Shown: positions 1 through 10,050, numbered from the stretch's first letter. The stretch is 32,000 bases of DNA from Cupriavidus necator (GCF_016127575.1 NZ_CP066018.1:3900001-3932000); one strand, 5' to 3'. Notes: generated by a model not told the origin, from the sequence alone. Translations and numbers: made by a program.

Positions 1-61
1 AGCCGCCGGTGATCAGCGCGGTCTTGCCCTTCAGGTCAAACAGTTGCTGGATGGTACGCAT
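1..61 (-). CDS. SDR-family oxidoreductase, 5' end only (gene continues left of the window)
   Basis: Reverse complement of 1-61 reads MRTIQQLFDLKGKTALITGG, the start of the TGGxxGIG Rossmann motif of short-chain dehydrogenases. GAAGGAAG Shine-Dalgarno lies 6-7 nt upstream. Absent from the ORF track because the window edge cuts it. Confidence 0.6.
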   Translation of the reverse strand, partial: MRTIQQLFDLKGKTALITGG

Positions 62-107
62 ATTGTCTTCCTTCGTTCTGTAGGGTTCGGGGATGGGCAA
101 GCGCCGC

Positions 108-1970
108 TCAGAACCACGCGTCCTGCATGTCGAGCGTGGTGCGGTCGAGCGACTCGAGCAGCGCCAGCTGCGGGCCGACCTTGGGCAGCTCCCAGCGGAA
201 GAAGTAGGCCGCCGCGGCCAGCTTGCCGCGGTAGAAGTCCTCGTCTTCCTTGCCGTTCGCGCGCGGCAGCGCGGCTTGCGCCAGCAGTGCCTGTTCCAGC
301 CAGATCCACGCCACCACCACGTGCCCGAAGGCCTCCAGGTAGACCGAGGCATTGGCCAGCGTCACGTTGGGGTCGCCCGCGCTCCACAGCGCCTGCGTGA
401 CCTCGGCCAGGCGCTTGGTGGCGGTGCCGAGGGCGCCTGCCTGCTGCGACAACTCGGCATTGCCGGCGGCGAGCGCGCGGGTGATGGTGTCCTGCACGCG
501 CTCGCCCAGCAGCTTGAAGGCGGCGCCGTCCTTCATCACCACCTTGCGGCCCAGCAGGTCCAGGCCCTGGATGCCGTGCGTGCCTTCGTGGATCGGGTTG
601 AGGCGGTTGTCGCGGTAGAACTGCTCGACGTTGTACTCGCGCGTATAGCCGTAGCCGCCATGCACCTGGATCGCCAGGTTGTTGGCCTCCAGGCACCATT
701 GCGACGGCCAGCTCTTGGCGATCGGGGTCAGGATATCGAGCAATAGCGCCAGGCGCGCATGCGCGGCTTGGTCGCCGGCGGCCGCAGCGGCCTCTTCCTC
801 GTCGACCAGGCGCGCGCAATAGAGGTTCAGCGCCAGGCCGCCTTCGACATAGCTCTTCTGCGCCAGCAGCATGCGGCGGATATCGGCGTGCTCGACCAGC
901 TTCACCTGCGGGCTGGCCGCATCCTTGCCGCCGGGGCCGACCGCGCGGCCTTGCGGGCGGTTGCGCGCGTAGTCCAGCGCGTGCAGGTAGCCGGTATAGC
1001 CCAGCATCACCGCGCCCAGGCCCACGCCGATGCGCGCCTCGTTCATCATGTGGAACATGCAGGCCAGGCCCTTGTGCGGCTCGCCCACCAGGTAGCCGAT
1101 CGCGCCGGCCTTGCCGCCCGGCCGGTACTTCATGCCTTCGCCGAAGTTGAGCAGGCAGTTGGTGGTGCCGCGGTAGCCCATCTTGTGGTTCAGGCCGGCC
1201 AGCACCACGTCGTTGTGCTCGCCCAGCGAGCCGTCTTCATTGACCAGGTACTTGGGCACGATGAAGAGCGAGATGCCCTTCACGCCCGGGATCAGCTTGC
1301 CGTCCGGGCCGGGGATCTTGGCCAGCACCAGGTGGACGATATTTTCCGACAGCTCGTGCTCGCCGGCAGAGATCCACATCTTGTTGCCGCGCAGCCGGTA
1401 CTGCGCGCCCAGCGGCGATTCGCCCTCGTACTCGGCGCGCGTGGTGATGTCCGACAGCGACGAGCCCGCCTGCGGCTCGGACAGGCACATGGTGCCGAAG
1501 AAGCGACCGTCCATCTCCGGCTTGACGAAGGTCTCGACCTGCGCCGGCGTGCCGTGCGTCAGCAGCAGGTTGGCGTTGCCGATGGTCAGGAACGGGTACG
1601 AGCTGGTGCCGACGTTGGCACCCTTGAAGTAGGCAAAGCCAGCCTTCTCGACCACCACCGGCAGTTGCATGCCGCCCAGTTCATAGTCCTGGCCGGCGGC
1701 CATCAAGCCGGCCTCGCAGAAGGCCTTCAGCGCGGTGCTGACCTCGGGGATGATGCTGACGGTCTCGCCGTCGAAATGCGGCTCTTGCTGGTCGTTCTTC
1801 TTGTTGTGCGGCGCGAACAGGTCGGTGGCGATTTTCTCGCAGGTGTCCAGCGCGGCGTCGAAAGTCTCGCGCGAGTGGTCGGCATAGCGCGGGATGCGCG
1901 TGAGCTCGTCGACCTTGAGCCATTCGTACAGCACGAAATTCAGGTCGCGGCGGGATAGGATCATCGACAT
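108..1970 (-). CDS. large (620 aa) FadE-type acyl-CoA dehydrogenase
   Basis: ORF-track protein carries the ACAD C-terminal signature QVHGGYGYTREYNVEQFYRDNRLNPIHEGTHGIQ. The N-terminus MSMILSRRDLNFVLYEWL is typical of ~600-aa acyl-CoA dehydrogenases. GGAG lies 7 nt upstream of the ATG at 1970. Confidence 0.9.
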   Translation of the reverse strand: MSMILSRRDLNFVLYEWLKVDELTRIPRYADHSRETFDAALDTCEKIATDLFAPHNKKNDQQEPHFDGETVSIIPEVSTALKAFCEAGLMAAGQDYELGGMQLPVVVEKAGFAYFKGANVGTSSYPFLTIGNANLLLTHGTPAQVETFVKPEMDGRFFGTMCLSEPQAGSSLSDITTRAEYEGESPLGAQYRLRGNKMWISAGEHELSENIVHLVLAKIPGPDGKLIPGVKGISLFIVPKYLVNEDGSLGEHNDVVLAGLNHKMGYRGTTNCLLNFGEGMKYRPGGKAGAIGYLVGEPHKGLACMFHMMNEARIGVGLGAVMLGYTGYLHALDYARNRPQGRAVGPGGKDAASPQVKLVEHADIRRMLLAQKSYVEGGLALNLYCARLVDEEEAAAAAGDQAAHARLALLLDILTPIAKSWPSQWCLEANNLAIQVHGGYGYTREYNVEQFYRDNRLNPIHEGTHGIQGLDLLGRKVVMKDGAAFKLLGERVQDTITRALAAGNAELSQQAGALGTATKRLAEVTQALWSAGDPNVTLANASVYLEAFGHVVVAWIWLEQALLAQAALPRANGKEDEDFYRGKLAAAAYFFRWELPKVGPQLALLESLDRTTLDMQDAWF

Positions 1971-2044
1971 GGTGTCTCCATGCGGCGCACTGCGTGGCGT
2001 GCCGCGAGTTCTTTTTGCTAGCGTGGGAGGCGCCGGGCGCGGTC

Positions 2045-2068
2045 AAAAAAGGGCGCTGCCGCGCCCTT
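2045..2068 (-). terminator. putative rho-independent terminator between the thioesterase and acyl-CoA dehydrogenase genes
   Basis: Minus strand reads AAGGGCGC-GGCA-GCGCCCTT followed by TTTTGA: a GC-rich 8-bp stem, 4-nt loop and a run of six T partly in the stem. It sits in the 111-nt gap between 2082 and 1970. Confidence 0.5.
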
Positions 2069-2081
2069 CCCTGCGTGCCGC

Positions 2082-2527
2082 TCAGGCGCCTTCGCCAAGG
2101 CGCGCGATCGTTCCCTGCGCCACCGCGCAGAGCCTCTCCTCGCCATCCCTGACGACGTACACGTCGCAGCGCACCACCGCCTGCTGGCGGCCGGCGCTGA
2201 CGCATTCGGCGCGGGCGACCAGCAGCTCGCCGATCGCCGGGCGCACGTAGTTGATCTTGTACTCGGATGTCACGACCGGCACCGCCATGGCCGCGCCGCC
2301 CGCGTAGGTCAGCGCATTGTCGGCCAGGTAGCTGACCACGCCGCCGTGCAGGAAGCCGTGCTGCTGCCGCAGGTCCTGACGGATCGGCAGGCGCAACTCA
2401 GCCTTGCCCGGCGACAACGCCGCCAGTTCGGTGCCGACCAGGACCGAGAAGGGCTGGCTGGCCAGCACCTCCCGGCCCCAGGCGAGCATGTCGGCGGGCG
2501 TGGCCCGCGCGGTGCCCGCAGCCGACA

Positions 2528-2528
<1 letters not shown>
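2082..2528 (-). CDS. PaaI-family hotdog-fold thioesterase (148 aa)
   Basis: Start re-chosen inside ORF 2082..3344 at MSAAGTARAT. Motif HGFLHGGVVSYLADNALTYAGG is typical of PaaI/YbdB thioesterases. Its ATG overlaps the thiolase stop as ATGA (2526-2530). Confidence 0.85.
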
Positions 2529-3706
<1,178 letters not shown>

Positions 3707-3753
3707 GTCTTGCTCCTCGGATTCTCTTGTGTCGTTCAGTTCGGTGGTTCGGT

Positions 3754-4398
3754 TCAGCCCTGGCCCTTGAGCAGTTCAGCGGACGTGACGCGCGCAACGC
3801 CGGCGGCGCCGAGGTCCTGCCATGCTTTGGCCAGCGACCCTTCCAGGTCGATGGCGCGGCAGGCATCCTCGATCACCGCGGCCGCGAAGCCCGCGGCGCG
3901 TGCATCGAGCGCGCTCCAGGCCACGCAGTAGTCCGTCGCCAGACCCGCGCAGAACACGCGCCTGACGCCATGCTCGCGCAGGTAGCCGGCCAGCCCGGTG
4001 CGCGTGGTGCGGTCCGCCTCCAGGAAGGCGGAGTAGCTGTCCACGTCGGCATGGTGGCCCTTGCGGATCACCAGCCGCGCATGCGGCACGTGCAAGCCCG
4101 CATGCAGCGCAGCGCCGGGCGTGCCCTGCACGCAGTGCACCGGCCACAGCACCTGCTCGCCATACGGCAGCGCCAGCGTCTGGAACGGCTGCGTGCCCGC
4201 ATGGTTGGCCGCGAACGAGACGTGGCTGACGGGATGCCAGTCCTGCGTCAGCACCACATGACCGAACGCACGCGCCAGCCGGTTGATGACGGGCACCACT
4301 TCATCGCCGTGGGGCACGGCAAGCGCGCCGCCCGGCATGAAGTCGTTCTGCACGTCGATCACCAGCAGGCAATCGTCCGGTCCGATGGTGGTGTTCAT
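3754..4398 (-). CDS. pncA: nicotinamidase/pyrazinamidase (isochorismatase fold)
   Basis: Motifs [10 protein letters not shown] (catalytic Asp), HCVQGTPGA (metal-binding His) and ATDYCV (catalytic Cys). Start moved from 4419 to the ATG at 4398 (MNTTIGPDD), which has GGAG 6 nt upstream. Confidence 0.85.
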   Translation of the reverse strand: MNTTIGPDDCLLVIDVQNDFMPGGALAVPHGDEVVPVINRLARAFGHVVLTQDWHPVSHVSFAANHAGTQPFQTLALPYGEQVLWPVHCVQGTPGAALHAGLHVPHARLVIRKGHHADVDSYSAFLEADRTTRTGLAGYLREHGVRRVFCAGLATDYCVAWSALDARAAGFAAAVIEDACRAIDLEGSLAKAWQDLGAAGVARVTSAELLKGQG

Positions 4399-4428
4399 CT
4401 CAGCTCCAGGCTGAACCATGTGGCGGTA

Positions 4429-6510
4429 TTAACCGTTGAAGCCCTTGCCTTCGTCCGCCAGCTTCTGCAGCAGCGGCGCGACCTGCCACGCTTCACCGTG
4501 GTAGCCCTTGGCGTAGCGCTTCATCGACAGCGCCACGTTGTACAGGCCGACCTGGTCCGCGTACAGCATCGGGCCGCCGCGGAACAGCGGGAAGCCGTAG
4601 CCGGTCAGGTACACCATGTCGATATCCGAGGCCTTGGAAGCAATGCCTTCCTCCAGGATCCTGGCGCCTTCGTTGACCAGCGCGAACACCAGGCGCTCGA
4701 CGATCTCTTCGTCAGAGATCTTGCGGCGCGTGATGCCCAGGTCCTTCGAGTGCTGCACGATCATGTCGTTGACCTGCTGGTTCGGGTACGGCTTGCGGTC
4801 GCCCGCCTTGTAGTCGTACCAGCCCGCGCCGGTCTTCTGGCCGAAGCGGCCCATCTCGCACAGCAGGTCCGCGGTCTTGGAATACTGGATCTCCGGCTTG
4901 TCCACCGCGCGGCGCTTGCGGATGGCCCAGCCGATGTCGTTGCCGGCCAGGTCGCCCATGCGGAACGGGCCCATGGCAAAGCCGAACTTCTCGATGGCCT
5001 TGTCGACCTGCTCCGGCAGCGCGCCTTCGTCCAGCAGGTAGCCAGCCTGGCGGCTGTACTGCTCGATCATGCGGTTGCCGATAAAGCCGTCGCAAACGCC
5101 CGACACCACCGCGGTCTTCTTGATCTTCTTGCCGACCTGCATGACCGTGGCCAGCACGTCCTTGCCGGTCTTCTCGCCGCGCACCACTTCCAGCAGCTTC
5201 ATCACATTGGCCGGGCTGAAGAAATGCATGCCGACCACGTCCTGCGGACGCTTGGTGAACGAGGCGATCTTGTTGACGTCCAGCGTGGAGGTGTTCGAGG
5301 CCAGGATCGCGCCTTGCTTGGCGACTTCATCCAGCTTCTTGAACACGGTCTCCTTGACGCCCATCTCTTCGAACACGGCCTCGATGATCAGGTCGGCGTC
5401 CTTGAGGTCGTCATAGGACAGCGTGGTGCTGAGCAGGCCCATGCGCTGCTCGACCTTCTCTTGCGTGAGCTTGCCCTTCTTGGCGCTGTTCTCGTAGTTC
5501 TTGCGGATGATGCCGACGCCGCGGTCGAGCGCTTCCTGCTTGGTTTCCAGGATGGTGACCGGGATGCCCGCGTTGAGGAAGTTCATGCTGATGCCGCCGC
5601 CCATGGTGCCGGCGCCGATCACGGCGACCTTCTCGATCTTGCGGGTCGGCGTGCCTTCGGGCACATCGGGGATCTTGCTGGCGGCACGCTCGCCAAAGAA
5701 GGCGTGGCGCAGCGCGCGCGATTCCGGCGTGGTAACCAGGTAGAGGAAGCCCTCGCGCTCTTGCTTCAGGCCCTGTTCGAACGGCTTGAGCGAGCCGGCC
5801 ACCGCTTCCAGGCACTTCAGCGGCGCCGGGAAGTTCTTGGCCATCGCGGCCACGGTATTGCGGGCAAAGCCCAGGTAGCCTTCGGGGTTCTCGTGGCGCA
5901 CCTTCAGGTCGCGCACCTTCGGATGCGGGCCGGTGGCGGCGCCAACGTTCTGCGCGAACTTGACCGCGGCGGGCAGCACGTCGCCGTCGACGATTTCATC
6001 GAACAGCTTGGTGCCGGCAAACTTCTCGGACAGCACCGGGGTGCCCGACACGATCATGTTGGCCGCGGCCTCCAGGCCGATCACGCGCGGCAGGCGCTGC
6101 GTGCCGCCGGCGCCCGGCAGCAGGCCCAGCTTCACTTCCGGCAGCGCGATCTGGGCGCCCTTGGACGCCACGCGGTAGTTGCAGCCCAGCGCCAGCTCCA
6201 GGCCGCCACCCATGGCGACCGAGTGCACGGCGGCCACGACCGGCTTGGACGAGCCTTCCAGCACGCGGATCACCGAGTGCAGCGTCGGCTCCTGCATGGC
6301 CTTGGGCGTATTGAATTCACGGATGTCGGCGCCGCCCGAGAAAGCCTTGCCAGCGCCGGTGATGACGATGGCCTTGACGGCGGCATCGTCCAGCGCACGG
6401 GTCATGCCTTCGACGATGCCAAGCCGGGTGCTGTGACCCAGGCCGTTGACAGGGGGATTGTCGAGCGTGATGACGGCTACGCCGTCCTGAACCTGATACT
6501 GCGCTGTCAT
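4429..6510 (-). CDS. fadB: bifunctional enoyl-CoA hydratase / 3-hydroxyacyl-CoA dehydrogenase (693 aa)
   Basis: N-terminal crotonase motif [17 protein letters not shown] and a central NAD-binding GxGxxG ([13 protein letters not shown]). AAGGAA RBS lies 6 nt upstream of the ATG at 6510. Confidence 0.95.
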   Translation of the reverse strand: MTAQYQVQDGVAVITLDNPPVNGLGHSTRLGIVEGMTRALDDAAVKAIVITGAGKAFSGGADIREFNTPKAMQEPTLHSVIRVLEGSSKPVVAAVHSVAMGGGLELALGCNYRVASKGAQIALPEVKLGLLPGAGGTQRLPRVIGLEAAANMIVSGTPVLSEKFAGTKLFDEIVDGDVLPAAVKFAQNVGAATGPHPKVRDLKVRHENPEGYLGFARNTVAAMAKNFPAPLKCLEAVAGSLKPFEQGLKQEREGFLYLVTTPESRALRHAFFGERAASKIPDVPEGTPTRKIEKVAVIGAGTMGGGISMNFLNAGIPVTILETKQEALDRGVGIIRKNYENSAKKGKLTQEKVEQRMGLLSTTLSYDDLKDADLIIEAVFEEMGVKETVFKKLDEVAKQGAILASNTSTLDVNKIASFTKRPQDVVGMHFFSPANVMKLLEVVRGEKTGKDVLATVMQVGKKIKKTAVVSGVCDGFIGNRMIEQYSRQAGYLLDEGALPEQVDKAIEKFGFAMGPFRMGDLAGNDIGWAIRKRRAVDKPEIQYSKTADLLCEMGRFGQKTGAGWYDYKAGDRKPYPNQQVNDMIVQHSKDLGITRRKISDEEIVERLVFALVNEGARILEEGIASKASDIDMVYLTGYGFPLFRGGPMLYADQVGLYNVALSMKRYAKGYHGEAWQVAPLLQKLADEGKGFNG

Positions 6511-6545
6511 GCTGGTTCCTTTGGTGTCAAAAGTTGTCTCGGGAT

Positions 6546-6561
6546 TCGAATTCTCGAATTC
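6546..6561. repeat. tandem direct repeat TCGAATTC-TCGAATTC (candidate operator)
   Basis: Read directly from the sequence, 35-50 nt upstream of the fadB-like start codon in an otherwise GC-rich leader. Confidence 0.6.
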
Positions 6562-6695
6562 AATTTTTACTGCACGGCGCGGCCGGCAGCGGCCGGCGAC
6601 TGCTGCGGGAGGCTGCCGTCATGAGCGGGTAAACCCTCCGCCCGACCTGCCGCTTTCCCGCGTCCCGCAACGCCTTCCGGCGCCTGGGCGAAACA

Positions 6696-6724
6696 AGCAT
6701 ACACAAAATAGCACGGTCGTTCAA
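6696..6724 (-). promoter_or_regulatory. candidate sigma70 promoter of the beta-oxidation operon
   Basis: Minus strand reads TTGAAC (6724-6719), a 17-nt spacer, then TATGCT (6701-6696). This is the best -35/-10 pair I found in the 490-nt divergent intergenic region and implies a ~180-nt leader. Confidence 0.4.
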
Positions 6725-6999
6725 TTTTAATTTTCGGACTTTTCCGGCGACATGCGCGGCGCTAATGCCGCCCCTGACCGCGATGCATGGCGGGGCGCCT
6801 GACGCGGTGCCAAATCGTCCCGCCATGGCGGATAAAGCACTTGCCGAGTGCGACTGAGTGCCGCCTCTAAACCAGTATCGGACTTTATTTGGCCGACACG
6901 GACAAATCGCGCGGGCCGACCCTGTAAACTCGCGGCTTTTCGTTTTTTGCCGTCCGGGTTCCACAAGATGCCGGATCGGCGGAAGGTCCAGCGACCCTG

Positions 7000-8589
7000 A
7001 TGTCTTCCCCCTCACATTCCCACGCCCACGAGCACCAGCACCCGGTGGTCGAGCACGACCACCTCAAGCGCAGGCTCAAGGCCCGCCACCTGAGCATGAT
7101 TGCCATCGGCGGCGCGGTCGGCACCGGGCTGTTCGTGGCCTCGGGCGCCTCGATCGCGCAGGCCGGCCCCGGCGGCGCGCTGCTGATGTATATGCTGCTC
7201 GGGCTGATGGTCTATTGCCTGATGACCAGCCTGGGCGAGCTGGCGGTGCATATGCCGGTGGCCGGCTCCTTCGTCACCTACAGCGCGCTCTATGTCGACG
7301 AAGGCTTCGGCTTCGCGCTGGGCTGGAACTACTGGTTCAGCCTGGCGGTGACCATCGCCGTGGAACTGACCGCGGCGCAGCTGGTGATGCAGTACTGGTT
7401 CCCCGAAATGCCCGGCGTGGTCTGGAGCGCCGCGTTCCTGCTGCTGATGTTCGGGCTCAATGCGTTCTCGGTGCGCGGCTTCGGCGAGGCCGAGTACTGG
7501 TTCGCGCTGATCAAGGTGGTGACCGTGATCGTGTTCCTGGGCGTGGGCCTGCTGATGATCTTCGGCATCATGAAAGGCGGCCCGCAGTCTGGCTGGCACA
7601 ACTTCACCATGGGTGACGCGCCCTTTGTCGGCGGCATCCCGGCCATGATCGGCGTGGCGATGATCGCGGGCTTCTCCTTCCAGGGCACGGAAACGGTGGG
7701 CGTGGCCGCCGGCGAAGCGGAGAACCCGGCCAGGACCATCCCGCGCGCGATCCGGCAGACCTTCTGGCGCATCCTGCTGTTCTATGTGGTCGCGATCCTG
7801 ATCATCGGGGTGCTGATTCCCTATACCGATCCCAGCCTGCTGCGCAACGACGTCACCGACGTGGGCGTGAGTCCGTTTGCACTGGTGTTCCGCCACGCCG
7901 GCCTGGCCTTTGCTGCGGGGCTGATGAACGCGGTGGTGCTGACCGCGCTGCTCTCGGCCGGCAGCTCCAGCATGTATGTATCGACCCGGATCCTCTACGG
8001 CCTCGCCGTCAGCGGCCGCGCGCCGCGCGCGTTCGGCAAGCTGACCGTGAGCGGCGTGCCGTTCAATGCGCTGCTGGCCACCACCGCCGTGGGCGCGCTG
8101 TGTTTCTTCAGTTCGCTGTTCGGGGACAAGGCGGTCTACCTGTGGCTGCTCAACACCTCGGCCATGACCGGCTTCTTTGCCTGGCTGGGCATTGCCATCA
8201 GCCATTACCGCTTCCGTCGCGGGCTGGTGCACCAGGGCTATGACGTTGGCATGCTGGCCTACCGCTCGCCGCTCTATCCCTTCGGCCCCATTTTTACCGT
8301 GGTGCTGTGCGTGGTGATCGTGGCCGGGCAGAACTACCAGGCGTTTGCGGATATTCCGAACCGGTGGCCGGAGATCGTGGCGACCTATATCGGCGTGCCG
8401 GCGTTCCTGGCGCTGTGGTGGGGGTACCGGGCGGTGAAGAAGTCGCGGCTGATCGACTATGAGGATATGCCGTTTGACTTGCCAAAGCCGGCAGTTTTCG
8501 GCCCTCTCCCGCAAGCGGGAGAGGGAGCACACAGTTGGCAAGGGGAGCGCACAGTGGCCGAAGTCATACCTCCAGCCACTCCTTCCTGA
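7000..8589 (+). CDS. lysP: APC-family basic amino acid (lysine-specific) permease
   Basis: The 529-aa ORF is near-collinear with E. coli LysP as I remember it (LKARHLxMIAIGGxxGTGLFVASGAxIxQAGPGGALL, GFSFQGTE, PYTDPSLLRNDV, WLGIAISHYRFRRG). There is an extra His-rich N-terminus and a ~35-aa non-homologous C-terminal tail. Confidence 0.9.
   Translation: MSSPSHSHAHEHQHPVVEHDHLKRRLKARHLSMIAIGGAVGTGLFVASGASIAQAGPGGALLMYMLLGLMVYCLMTSLGELAVHMPVAGSFVTYSALYVDEGFGFALGWNYWFSLAVTIAVELTAAQLVMQYWFPEMPGVVWSAAFLLLMFGLNAFSVRGFGEAEYWFALIKVVTVIVFLGVGLLMIFGIMKGGPQSGWHNFTMGDAPFVGGIPAMIGVAMIAGFSFQGTETVGVAAGEAENPARTIPRAIRQTFWRILLFYVVAILIIGVLIPYTDPSLLRNDVTDVGVSPFALVFRHAGLAFAAGLMNAVVLTALLSAGSSSMYVSTRILYGLAVSGRAPRAFGKLTVSGVPFNALLATTAVGALCFFSSLFGDKAVYLWLLNTSAMTGFFAWLGIAISHYRFRRGLVHQGYDVGMLAYRSPLYPFGPIFTVVLCVVIVAGQNYQAFADIPNRWPEIVATYIGVPAFLALWWGYRAVKKSRLIDYEDMPFDLPKPAVFGPLPQAGEGAHSWQGERTVAEVIPPATPS
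8502..8557. repeat. REP-like element: perfect hairpin CCCTCTCCCGC-AA-GCGGGAGAGGG plus two GGGAGCRCACAG boxes
   Basis: Stem arms lie at 8502-8512 and 8515-8525. They are followed by GGGAGCACACAGTTGG (8523-8538) and GGGAGCGCACAGTGG (8543-8557). An inverted copy occurs at 28823-28859. Confidence 0.7.
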
Positions 8590-9277
8590 TCTGCGAGTTG
8601 GCCTTCAGTTCCGCGGGCGTCCCCTCGAACACAATATGCCCGTGCCCCATCACGTAGACGCGCTGGGAAATATCCAGCGCGATCGCCAGCTTCTGCTCGA
8701 TCAGCAGCACGGAAATACCCCGCTCCTTCAGCGTCTTCAGGTAGTCCCCGACCAGGGCCACGATCATCGGCGCCAGGCCTTCGGTCGGTTCGTCGATCAG
8801 CACCAGGTCGGGGTCGCCCATCAGCGTGCGGCACAACGTCAGCATCTGCTGCTCGCCGCCGGAGAGCACGCCGGCCGAGGTGTTCTCGCGCTCCTTCAGC
8901 CGCGGGAACATGTTGAACATGTCCTCGACGGTCCAGCGCGGCCTGGCCTGCCGTGGGTTGCGCTTCTCGCCCAGCAGCAAGTTCTGCCGCACGGTCAGCG
9001 TCGGAAAGATATCCCGGTTCTCCGGCACATAGCCGATCCCGAGGTGCGCGATCTCGAAGGTGCGCCGCCCCAGGATCTCTTCGTCGCGAAACCGCACCGA
9101 GCCCTCGGCCTTGACCATGCCGAGGATGGCCTTGGCCATGGTCGAGCGCCCCACCCCGTTGCGGCCCAGCAGCGCGACGATCTCGCCTTCGTCGATATGC
9201 GCGTCCACGCCGTGGAGGATATGGCTCTTGCCGTAGTAGGCGTGCAGGCCCTGGACGTTCAGCATGCGCTTGCCCAT
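8564..9277 (-). CDS. livF: ABC transporter ATP-binding protein, LivF type (237 aa)
   Basis: Start re-chosen at MGKRMLNVQG. Walker A GRNGVGRST, signature LSGGEQQML, Walker B LVLIDEPTEG. ATGA overlap with the upstream ATPase stop (9275-9279). Confidence 0.9.
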   Translation of the reverse strand: MGKRMLNVQGLHAYYGKSHILHGVDAHIDEGEIVALLGRNGVGRSTMAKAILGMVKAEGSVRFRDEEILGRRTFEIAHLGIGYVPENRDIFPTLTVRQNLLLGEKRNPRQARPRWTVEDMFNMFPRLKERENTSAGVLSGGEQQMLTLCRTLMGDPDLVLIDEPTEGLAPMIVALVGDYLKTLKERGISVLLIEQKLAIALDISQRVYVMGHGHIVFEGTPAELKANSQIRKEWLEV

Positions 9278-10050
9278 CAGTGCGCTCCTTCGGTGGCTTC
9301 CTCGTCGAGGGTTGTGCCCAGGTAGGCTTCCTTGACCTTGCGGTTGTTGCGGATGGCCTGCGGGGTGTCCGTGGCGATCACTTCGCCGTAGACCAGCACA
9401 GAGATGCGGTCGGCCAGGCCGAATACCACGCTCATGTCGTGCTCCACCATCACCAGCGTCTTGCCGACGGTGACCTTGCGGATCAGCTCCACCGCGTGAT
9501 CGGACTCGGAGCGGCTCATGCCCGCGGTGGGCTCGTCCAGCAGGATCACCTCGGCGCCGCCGGCGATGGTGATGCCGATCTCCAGCGCACGCTGCTCGGC
9601 ATAGGTCAGCAGGCCCGCCTGGCTGTCGCGGCGGTGCTGCATGCCGATCAGCTCCAGCACCTCCTCCGCGCGCTCGCGCGTGTCGCGCAGGCCCTTGAGC
9701 CGGTGCCAGAACGAATACTTGTAGCCGAGCGACCACAGCACCGCGCAGCGCAGGTTCTCGAACACCGACAGCCGATGGAAGATGTTGGTGATCTGGAAGC
9801 TGCGCGACAGCCCCATGCGGTTGATCACGAACGGCTGCAGCCCGCCGATCTCCGCGCCATTGAGCCGCACGGTCCCGCTGCTCGGCGCAAACCGGCCGGA
9901 AATCAGGTTGAAGGTCGTCGACTTCCCTGCGCCATTGGGCCCGATCAGCGCATGGCGCTCGCCCTTCGGGATGCTCAGGTTCACGCCGCGGATGATTTCC
10001 GTCTGGCCGAACTTCTTGCGTACATCGGTCAGTTCCAGTGCCGCTGTCAT
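9277..10050 (-). CDS. livG: ABC transporter ATP-binding protein, LivG type (257 aa)
   Basis: Start re-chosen at MTAALELTDVRKKFG. Walker A GPNGAGKST, Walker B VILLDEPTAGM. ATGA overlap with the permease stop (10047-10050). Confidence 0.9.
   Translation of the reverse strand: MTAALELTDVRKKFGQTEIIRGVNLSIPKGERHALIGPNGAGKSTTFNLISGRFAPSSGTVRLNGAEIGGLQPFVINRMGLSRSFQITNIFHRLSVFENLRCAVLWSLGYKYSFWHRLKGLRDTRERAEEVLELIGMQHRRDSQAGLLTYAEQRALEIGITIAGGAEVILLDEPTAGMSRSESDHAVELIRKVTVGKTLVMVEHDMSVVFGLADRISVLVYGEVIATDTPQAIRNNRKVKEAYLGTTLDEEATEGAH

Noticed and set aside
3727-6624. 965-aa plus-strand ORF covering the pncA and fadB region
   Set aside because: It is antisense to two genes with clear family motifs. 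The product is Arg/Ala/Gly/His-rich low-complexity sequence, as is typical of shadow ORFs in high-GC DNA. It has no RBS and no recognisable domain.
6730-6999. Lysine riboswitch or terminator-attenuator upstream of lysP (T-rich CGCGGCTTTTCGTTTTTTGCC)
   Set aside because: I could find neither a stable stem preceding the T-run nor L-box conserved cores. The repeated GGCCGAC strings are direct repeats, not inverted ones.
6560-7015. 151-aa minus-strand ORF filling the fadB/lysP intergenic region
   Set aside because: It spans promoter and leader DNA of two divergent genes. Its composition is Arg/Ser/Ala-rich with mixed codon usage, and it has no RBS.
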